From a candidate division FCPU426 bacterium (GTDB taxonomy: Bacteria; Oederibacteriota; JAAXVQ01; JAUVAV01), in NCBI GenBank assembly GCA_030591525.1, contig JAUVAV010000003.1, positions 17,582 through 81,581 on the forward strand: 64,000 bases of DNA, read 5' to 3'. The notes under the pieces are model-generated. The model did no database searches, was not told the DNA's origin, and saw only the letters and a program-made list of their open reading frames with translations. Made by a program: the position numbers and the translations under genes. This document shows, piece by piece, positions 39,721 to 47,129 of the stretch (positions are counted from its first letter, which is position 1; the number at the start of each line of letters is the position of its first letter).

Positions 39721-39837
39721 GCATTTAAATGCAATTGAAAATTGACAATTGATAATGTGAGTCATTGCGCGTCAGGGAAGCTGACGGGGCAATCTTTAGG
39801 GGCATATAATGAAATTACTTCGCTACGTTCGCAATGA
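39687..39837 (+). repeat. ~120-bp direct repeat, copy 2, continuing into a CGTC-family-like palindromic repeat
   Basis: Matches 38935-39050. GTCATTGCG...GCAATCT...ATTACTTCGCTACGTTCGCAATGA (39761-39837) has the GTCATTGCG/CGCAATGAC architecture. Confidence 0.75.
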
Positions 39838-39946
39838 TGAAATGTCAGGCAAGTAGAGTTGTAAGACAGAATTTCTGCAAGGGGATTTAAAAATGTTGGT
39901 CTAAGTGTGTAGAACTATTATTCTACACATAGGAGGAATAAGTAAC

Positions 39947-40296
39947 ATGTCTAAAGGTTTAACGATTTTTCAGGGTAAGGCGATCAGAAGGACATATTAT
40001 AACGATAAGTGGTGGTTTTCGGTTGTGGATATCGTTGCCGCTCTTACCGACAGTCCTACTCCCAGGCAATATTGGGGCAAGGTAAAACAGCGGGAATTTG
40101 TAAAATTTCAGTTGTCCCCAATTTGGGTACAACTGAAATTGTCCTCAAAAGACGGTAAAAGCTATAAAACAGACTGTGTAGACACAAGGTTGCCAGGCGC
40201 GGGGGTAAAGTTGCCGGAAATGCCAGGAAAGAGACTGAAAAAGAGCTGGACAGAAGCGTTATTTCGAAACAGAATTATCTGGAAAAAGGGGAATAA
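39947..40296 (+). pseudogene. Bro-N/antirepressor-like gene, internally deleted
   Basis: AGGAGG RBS, then MSKGLTIFQGKAIRR...KWWFSVVDIVAALTDS...YW...YKTDC. This joins out of frame (~40185) to a C-terminal segment VARRGGKVAGNARKETEKELDRSVISKQNYL*. Confidence 0.7.
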
Positions 40297-40350
40297 GCCT
40301 GTAAACGAGCCTGTAAATGAGCCTGTAAAAATCAACGAACGTGAAACGGG

Positions 40351-40522
40351 CGAATTATCAGGCTATACAAGTATTTGCAGAATAAAAAAGAATTTGTGCT
40401 TAGCAAGCAGCTTTTAAGAAGCGGAACAGCGGTGGGCGCAATTTTTAAGTATCAATACAGATTCTATAGAGATACTCAAATTATTAACAAGCATCATAAA
40501 AACATCAAAAAACAGGAAATGA
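40351..40522 (+). pseudogene. Four-helix-bundle protein gene remnant, internally deleted
   Basis: RIIRLYKYLQNKKEFVLSKQLLRSGTAVGA joined out of frame to SINTDSIEILKLLTSIIKTSKNRK*; these are the N- and C-terminal parts of the four-helix-bundle family. Confidence 0.7.
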
Positions 40523-40583
40523 AAGGAGTGCAATTGAGACGGAATAATTATCAATTATCTATTTTCAATTGTGCATTATAGAA

Positions 40584-42896
40584 ATGAACGAAGCGGAAAC
40601 CAGAGCAGAACTTATTGACCCCAAGCTGAAAGCCAGCGGCTGGGGCGTAATCGAGGGATCAAAAGTCCTGCGTGAATACCCTATCACTGCCGGTAAAATT
40701 CAGACCCACGGCGGACGCGCCAGGCCGCTGATTGCCGATTATGTGCTGGTGTATCAGGGCCGCAAACTTGCTGTTGTCGAGGCCAAAAGTGATGAGCTGG
40801 GAGTGGGCGAAGGGGTAGCGCAGGCGAAGAACTACGCTGAAAAAATGCGCCTGGACACGACCTTTGCCAGCAACGGCAAGGAGGTTTACCGGATATGTAT
40901 GAATACCGGCAATGAAGGTTTGATCGCAGCTTTTCCCACACCGGATGAACTCTGGAACAAGACTTTTGCCATTCAAAACCAGTGGCGGGAAAACTTTGAT
41001 CAAGTGCCATTTGAGGATGTAGGTGGAACCAAGGAGGTACGCTATTATCAGGAAATCGCGGTTAATAATACCATGGCCGCTATTGCCGAAGAAAAACCGC
41101 GCATTTTGCTTACTCTGGCAACCGGTACGGGTAAAACCTTTATTGCTTTTCAAATAGCCTGGAAACTTTTTCAGACCCGCTGGAACTTGAAGCGCGACGG
41201 TTCTCGCAGGCCGCGCATCTTGTTCTTAACCGATAGAAATATACTTGCAGATCAAGCGTTTAATGCTTTTTCCGCATTTTCTGAAGATGCGCTGGTCCGT
41301 ATTAACCCTAAAGAAATCAGAAAGAAGGGGAGCGTGTTGACCAATGGCAGCATTTTCTTTACCATCTTTCAGACCTTTATGAGCGGCCCGGATAATACGA
41401 CGTATTTTGGCGAATATCCTGCGGATTACTTTGATTTTATCATTATAGACGAGTGCCATCGCGGCGGCGCAAACGATGAGGGGAACTGGCGCGGTATTTT
41501 GGAATATTTTTCGCCGGCTGTTCAGCTTGGTTTGACCGCAACGCCCAAACGTAAGGACAATGTGGATACTTACCGCTATTTCGGCGAGCCGGTGTATATC
41601 TATTCGCTCAAGGAGGGGATCAACGACGGCTTTCTGACGCCGTTCAAGGTAAAGCGGATCAAAACCACGATAGATGACTATATCTATACTTCGGATGACC
41701 GGATTATCGAGGGTGAAATAGAAGAAGGCAAAATTTATACAGAACCGGATTTCAATAAAATTATCGAGATCAAAGAACGTGAAGCCAAGCGGGTGCGGAT
41801 ATTTCTCTCTGAAATCAATCAGAATGAAAAGGCTATTGTTTTCTGCGCCACCCAGGATCATGCGCTGGCGGTGCGGGATTTAGTCAACCAATATAAAAAA
41901 AGCCGGGAACCGAACTACTGCGTCCGCGTTACTGCCAATGACGGCGCGCTGGGCGAGCAATATTTGCGGGAATTTCAGGATAATGAAAAAACCATCCCGA
42001 CGATTCTCACTACCTCGCAAAAGCTCTCCACCGGCGTGGATGCCCGCAATATTCGCAGTATCGTACTAATGCGGCCGGTCAATAAAATAATCGAGTTCAA
42101 GCAGATCATCGGTCGAGGTACACGGCTGTTTGACGGCAAAGAGTATTTCACCCTCTATGATTTTGTCGATGCGTATCATCATTTTGCTGACCCGGAATGG
42201 GATGGCGAGCCTGTGGAGCCGTCTGGAAAACCAGATGAACCAGAAAAATTTTCATGGTCGGATGGCGGGGAAGAAGATGATGGAGATTATGCTATCAAAG
42301 AAAAAAGAAGGAAACTAAGAATAAAATTAGGCGATGGCAAAGCAAGAGAAATACAACATATGATTTCCACCTCTTTTTGGAGTGCGGACGGAAAACCGAT
42401 TTCAGCGGAAGAGTTTCTGCAAAATCTGTTTGGCGCGCTGCCGGCTTTTTTCAAATGCGAAGAAGAACTGCGCAAAATATGGTCTAACCCGATTACCCGC
42501 CAGGCATTTCTGGGAAAACTCGCTGCCGCCGGGTACGGCAAGGACGAATTAGCTGCTTTGCAGAAATTGATCGACGCTGAAAAAAGCGATCTATTTGATG
42601 TGCTCGAATATGTCTCTTTTGCGATGAAACCGATTACCCGGGAAATGCGGGTGGCACAGGCACAAGCAAAAATATTTGCCGGGTTGGATAATAATCAGAA
42701 AGATTTTTTGGAATTTGTACTCGGCAAATACATTGAGACCGGTGTCGAAGAACTTGGCCAGGAAAAACTACCCGGCCTGCTGACGCTGAAATACCAGGCC
42801 ATCAGCGATGCAGAAGAGATATTGGGCGGCGTTCAAAATATTCGCGCTACCTTTATTGATTTTCAAAAGTATTTATATGTCCAACAGGCCGCGTAA
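40584..42896 (+). CDS. hsdR: Type I R-M restriction subunit R (EcoEI-like architecture)
   Basis: MNEAETR start, nuclease motif ADYVL...VVEAK, Walker A LATGTGKT, DECHR, LTATP and QIIGRGTR. Confidence 0.92.
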   Translation: MNEAETRAELIDPKLKASGWGVIEGSKVLREYPITAGKIQTHGGRARPLIADYVLVYQGRKLAVVEAKSDELGVGEGVAQAKNYAEKMRLDTTFASNGKEVYRICMNTGNEGLIAAFPTPDELWNKTFAIQNQWRENFDQVPFEDVGGTKEVRYYQEIAVNNTMAAIAEEKPRILLTLATGTGKTFIAFQIAWKLFQTRWNLKRDGSRRPRILFLTDRNILADQAFNAFSAFSEDALVRINPKEIRKKGSVLTNGSIFFTIFQTFMSGPDNTTYFGEYPADYFDFIIIDECHRGGANDEGNWRGILEYFSPAVQLGLTATPKRKDNVDTYRYFGEPVYIYSLKEGINDGFLTPFKVKRIKTTIDDYIYTSDDRIIEGEIEEGKIYTEPDFNKIIEIKEREAKRVRIFLSEINQNEKAIVFCATQDHALAVRDLVNQYKKSREPNYCVRVTANDGALGEQYLREFQDNEKTIPTILTTSQKLSTGVDARNIRSIVLMRPVNKIIEFKQIIGRGTRLFDGKEYFTLYDFVDAYHHFADPEWDGEPVEPSGKPDEPEKFSWSDGGEEDDGDYAIKEKRRKLRIKLGDGKAREIQHMISTSFWSADGKPISAEEFLQNLFGALPAFFKCEEELRKIWSNPITRQAFLGKLAAAGYGKDELAALQKLIDAEKSDLFDVLEYVSFAMKPITREMRVAQAQAKIFAGLDNNQKDFLEFVLGKYIETGVEELGQEKLPGLLTLKYQAISDAEEILGGVQNIRATFIDFQKYLYVQQAA

Positions 42897-43198
42897 TTGC
42901 ATGGCATTTTGATATTATTCGATACAATTGCATTGGATAACGTAGGGGCGCGATTCATCGCGCCCCAAAAAGCCTTTAATGGGGAATTGGCATGTCAAAT
43001 CATGTGCATGGCATTATCATAATTGAAAAATCCGGAACCGATGTAGAGACGCCCAAATTGGGCGTCTCTACAAATGAAAACCCAAAAACAAACGCAATTG
43101 CATGGGGTAGAGACGCAAAATTTTGCGTCTCTACGACAAATGCCGTCACAACTATGCGTGAAATTTGGAAAAATGGGCGTGATAAATCACGCCCCTAC
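42897..43198 (+). pseudogene. Mosaic of HUH-transposase remnants, an hsdS 3'-end remnant and GTAG REPs
   Basis: LHGILILF...VGARFIAP (REP 42942-42966), QKAFNGELA (42966-42991), MSNHVHGIIIIE (42992), REPs at 43043-43071, 43107-43134 and 43175-43198. Confidence 0.75.
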
Positions 43199-43226
43199 GA
43201 AACCAAAACCGCAACGACCAAAATCG

Positions 43227-43247
43227 CAAGGGCCGGTGGGAGGGTGA
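43227..43247 (+). repeat. 21-bp direct repeat, right boundary
   Basis: CAAGGGCCGGTGGGAGGGTGA, identical to 35855-35875; supplies the GGAGG RBS for the next gene. Confidence 0.9.
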
Positions 43248-43255
43248 AGCAAAAC

Positions 43256-46200
43256 ATGAAAAATTATTTCGGACACTTGTTGGCAGTGGCAGCATTGCTC
43301 CTGGCCTGGCAATTGCCGGCCAACAGTTCTCTTTATCCGGAGCCCCAGGGAGCCGACCAGGCGATTAAAGCGCGGACCAGCCAGGCCAAGAGCCAGGGTT
43401 TACTTGAACGGGCATGGAGGGAACATTTGTACAAGGCTAACAATGCCAAAGCCGTCAAGTATGCCCGGGAAGTATTGTCGAAAGAGGCCGACAACTATGC
43501 GGCGCATGAATTGCTGCTGAATATTTATCAAATGCAGGGAGATTATGCCGGGATGTTTACGCATTTGCTGGCCATGCTCGAACAGGACCGGGCGGAAAAC
43601 TGCATTTATTTACCGGGCGTGATTTATTCAAAAAGCAACCGCGATGCCCTCTGGCTTACATCGCAGCAACAGGAACAACTGGAGGCGGTTTTAGCCAGGA
43701 AAATCGCGGACCCCAAGGTTCCGCCCCTGCAGCAATATTATCAATCCAGATTGCTCTCCGCCCTTTATCTGGAAACCGGCCGGTTGGACAAAGTTCGAGA
43801 GATTGCGGACCGGCTGGGATTTATCAGGAAATGGCTGGTGATCGGTCCGTTTGAGAACCAGGAAAAATTGGGTTTTGATGAAGCCTACGCGCCGGAAGAG
43901 GAGATTAATTTGAAGAAGGCGTACCCGGGCATGCGGGGCATAGTGAAATGGCAAAAACTCGGTGCTATGCGAAACAACGGGACCGTGGATTTAAATAGCG
44001 TATTTTACCCCCAGGAATGGACCGCCGGATATGCGCTGACTTATGTGTATTCGCCGAAGGACCGAATGGCTGCTATCAGGACCGGCAGCGATGATTCCCT
44101 GAAAATCTGGTTTAATGAAGAGTTGGTTTTAAACGATGCAACCTGCAAAGGCTATCAAGCCGAACAGCATGTGATTGGAATTAAACTCCGCTGGGGGTGG
44201 AATAAAATCCTGGTTAAAGTCTGTCAAGGGGGTGGAGCCTGGGAATTCGGTCTAAGGTTGACGGATCCCGCAGGAATGCCGCTGACGGACCTGAAATATA
44301 CCCTGGATCCCAAGCTTTATACCGGGTGGGAACAAGTATCCGGGCAAAAGGGGGCTGAGGTGACCGGGATGGAAAGATATCTCCTGGAGAGACTGGCAAA
44401 AACTCCGCAGGATGAAAGCAGCCTGTATTATCTGGCGCGTAATTATAAGAATGAAGACCAACGGGAGGAAGCAATCCGGGTGTATGAAAGATTGCTGAAA
44501 CAAAACCCGGCATGTGCGCGCTACTGGCTGGAAGCCGGGGAAGTTTATTTCCTGGGCGACCGGCCGACCCAGGGACTGGCCGCTTATCAAAAAGCAGTGG
44601 AAATGGATCCGGATTATTGTGAAGCACGTATCTGCCTGGCCAAATATTATTATGGAAAAAAAATGTATAAGAAATCCGAGATGGAATTGAAGCGGGTCTT
44701 AAAAAATAATCCGGCACAGGTAGAAGCTATCCTCTGGACCGGCCAGAATCACGAAGTTCAGACCCAATGGGAAGAAGCTTATAGGCAAGGCCAGTCTGCC
44801 TTGCAACAAAGGCCCGGGTTGAGCTGGGCCCTTAATGCAGCCGGTTACTGGGCTGCCCAGCGTGGTTTCCAGGAAGAAGCCCTGGGTTATTATCAGAAAG
44901 CTCTCAAAAAGCAATTTGCTTTCTCTGCGACATACTATAATTTGGCGCACATTTACAGAAACCAAGGTCAATACGAAAAAGTCGTCCAAACCTATCAAGC
45001 CCTTTTAAAGATTCAAGATCTGAACCTGGATCTGTATATGCAAATCGCCGCAACTTACCGGCAATGGAAAAAATATGACAAAGCTATACAGACCTGTAAG
45101 CAGGTATTGGAACTTTGTTCTACACACGCCGGGGCGTTTGAGTTGCTCGGCAGAATTAATTTTGATAAGGGGGACCGAGCGCAAGCCAGGAGCAATCTGG
45201 AAAAATCCCTGCAGTACCAGCCGAACAACATGTTGTTACGTGAATACATTAAAAAAATATTTTCCTTTCAGGACAAGATTTTTGAGCAATATGGCCTGAG
45301 TGAAAAAACCTGCGAAAAAATCCGGCAGAGGAAAGTAGAGCCTGGACAATTTCCCAAGTGTGCGGCTGCTTCCCTGTTGAACCAGGTGGTTACGCATGTA
45401 TTTGCAGACGGCTCCTATTCCCAAATGCAGCATGTGCTGGTAAAAATTCTCGCGGATTCCGGTCGTGATACTTTTGGCTCGGCTTATTTACCGGATGATC
45501 CTTCCGTGAAAATCCTTAAGGCCTATACCCTTAAACCCGATGGGAAAAAAGTGGAACCCACGGATATTCGCAACGGCAAAATTGTATTTGCTGCGGTAGA
45601 ACCAGGGGTGATAATTGAATACCAATATACCTATGATACGTATTACGGAGGATGGCTGAAAGGCTATTATTATTCCCATCTGCCTTTTCAAATTCTCGAT
45701 ACTCCAATGTTAAACTGTGAATGGGTTGTAGCCTTGCCGCGGGATCAGAAGCTGAACACTTACACTAACGGAAAAATAGCGCACCACACCAGGATCAGGG
45801 CGGATGAGCAAGTCCATATTTGGCGGGCGGAAAATCTGGAACCGATTTATTCCGAGCCTTTTCAGCCGGCTTATCAGGATCTGGCAGCGGGGGTATATAT
45901 TTCTACGATTCCTTCCTGGGAATTCATGGCCAAATGGGCGGCCAATTTGGTTAAGGACCAGATGGAACTGGACGAGGCGCTGAAAGCTAAACTGGCGGTT
46001 TTAACCGCCAACCAGCCTACTTTGCAGGATAAGATCCGCAGTATCTATAATTTTGTAGCTAAGGATATCCGTTATGAACGCCGGGGGGACACTAGGATCT
46101 TCGGTGTGAAACCTCAAAAAGCAGCGAATATCTATGCGGATGGTTATGGTGTCTGCAAGGACAAAGCTTTACTGCTGATCGCGCTTTTGAGAGCAATTGA

Positions 46201-47074
46201 TGTCCCGGCGTATTTTGCCCTCGTGGAAACCAATAATTTAGGACATCTGGTGAAAGACCTGCCTTTTTCATGGTTCAATCATGCGATTGTGTGTTTGGCC
46301 TGGGATAAAGAAAAACCCTTATTCCTGGATCCTACCTTCAATTACACAACATGCGGTGACATGTGGGATTATACCCAGGACAATGATGCTTTTGTATGCA
46401 AAGAAAGTGGTTATGAATTTATCCGCACGCCGGTCTTGCCGATGCCGGAACAGAACAGCCAGGATGATATCATCATTCTGCCTGACGGCCAAATTCAGGT
46501 GACCGGGTCATCGCAAATCAAGGGATATATTGCAGCTTTGCTGCGTCATGAATACAGCATCCCGGGTAAGCGTAAGGAGCTTTTAGAGAAGCAAATTAAT
46601 CAGGAACTTTCCGGCGCTAAAGTCGAAAAATGCGAGGTAAAAGACTGGGAAAATATCAATCTGCCGCTGGGTATTGACTACCAATTTAACGCACCGGCTT
46701 TTGCGCATTTGTCGAAGAATGAAATGCGATTTAAAGTGTTGGGAGTGTACACGCCCGGAGAAGTATACACTGAAAAGAGTGAGCGTTTGTATGATCTGAT
46801 TCTGGAATTTTCTGTAAACAATACGGATCAACAGACATATCAGTTGCCCGCGAATTATCAAGTGAACACTCTGCCCGGGAGTTTGGTTATTGACACAAAA
46901 TGGTTTAAATACGAACGGACCTGGATAAAGCAGAAAAATGCCTTGCAATGCAACCGGGCACTGGAATTCAAAGTAAAGCGGGTGAAAAAAGATGAGTATG
47001 CTAAATTCCGGGAAACCTGCACACGCGTGGATGCCGCGGAAAAAGAACAGGTTGTTTTATCGCTAAAGCCCTGA
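43256..47074 (+). CDS. Secreted TPR + DUF3857/transglutaminase-like domain protein
   Basis: Signal peptide MKNYFGHLLAVAALLLAW, a beta-sandwich insert (WLVIGPF...GSDDSLKIW...GWNKILVK), a TPR array, and the transglutaminase-like triad GVCKDKA / FNHAI / LDPT. Confidence 0.85.
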   Translation: MKNYFGHLLAVAALLLAWQLPANSSLYPEPQGADQAIKARTSQAKSQGLLERAWREHLYKANNAKAVKYAREVLSKEADNYAAHELLLNIYQMQGDYAGMFTHLLAMLEQDRAENCIYLPGVIYSKSNRDALWLTSQQQEQLEAVLARKIADPKVPPLQQYYQSRLLSALYLETGRLDKVREIADRLGFIRKWLVIGPFENQEKLGFDEAYAPEEEINLKKAYPGMRGIVKWQKLGAMRNNGTVDLNSVFYPQEWTAGYALTYVYSPKDRMAAIRTGSDDSLKIWFNEELVLNDATCKGYQAEQHVIGIKLRWGWNKILVKVCQGGGAWEFGLRLTDPAGMPLTDLKYTLDPKLYTGWEQVSGQKGAEVTGMERYLLERLAKTPQDESSLYYLARNYKNEDQREEAIRVYERLLKQNPACARYWLEAGEVYFLGDRPTQGLAAYQKAVEMDPDYCEARICLAKYYYGKKMYKKSEMELKRVLKNNPAQVEAILWTGQNHEVQTQWEEAYRQGQSALQQRPGLSWALNAAGYWAAQRGFQEEALGYYQKALKKQFAFSATYYNLAHIYRNQGQYEKVVQTYQALLKIQDLNLDLYMQIAATYRQWKKYDKAIQTCKQVLELCSTHAGAFELLGRINFDKGDRAQARSNLEKSLQYQPNNMLLREYIKKIFSFQDKIFEQYGLSEKTCEKIRQRKVEPGQFPKCAAASLLNQVVTHVFADGSYSQMQHVLVKILADSGRDTFGSAYLPDDPSVKILKAYTLKPDGKKVEPTDIRNGKIVFAAVEPGVIIEYQYTYDTYYGGWLKGYYYSHLPFQILDTPMLNCEWVVALPRDQKLNTYTNGKIAHHTRIRADEQVHIWRAENLEPIYSEPFQPAYQDLAAGVYISTIPSWEFMAKWAANLVKDQMELDEALKAKLAVLTANQPTLQDKIRSIYNFVAKDIRYERRGDTRIFGVKPQKAANIYADGYGVCKDKALLLIALLRAIDVPAYFALVETNNLGHLVKDLPFSWFNHAIVCLAWDKEKPLFLDPTFNYTTCGDMWDYTQDNDAFVCKESGYEFIRTPVLPMPEQNSQDDIIILPDGQIQVTGSSQIKGYIAALLRHEYSIPGKRKELLEKQINQELSGAKVEKCEVKDWENINLPLGIDYQFNAPAFAHLSKNEMRFKVLGVYTPGEVYTEKSERLYDLILEFSVNNTDQQTYQLPANYQVNTLPGSLVIDTKWFKYERTWIKQKNALQCNRALEFKVKRVKKDEYAKFRETCTRVDAAEKEQVVLSLKP

Positions 47075-47129
47075 AACCAGCTTGAACTCCAGGGCGTGCT
47101 GCCATTGCGGGATGGCCTGCGATCAAAAT

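Larger units (their letters stand above)
35876..43247 (+). mobile_element. Type I restriction-modification island inserted at the dnaE 3' end
   Basis: Bounded by the perfect 21-bp direct repeat (offset 7372). Carries hsdM/hsdS/hsdR, REP palindromes and gene remnants; no integrase ORF inside. Confidence 0.8.

Noticed and set aside
42992-43255. N-terminal 88 aa of the 1360-aa ORF as part of the TPR protein
   Set aside because: It is a chance in-frame read through an HUH remnant, REPs (VETPKLGVST, GRDAKFCVST, GRDKSRPY) and the direct repeat; the signal peptide begins at 43256.
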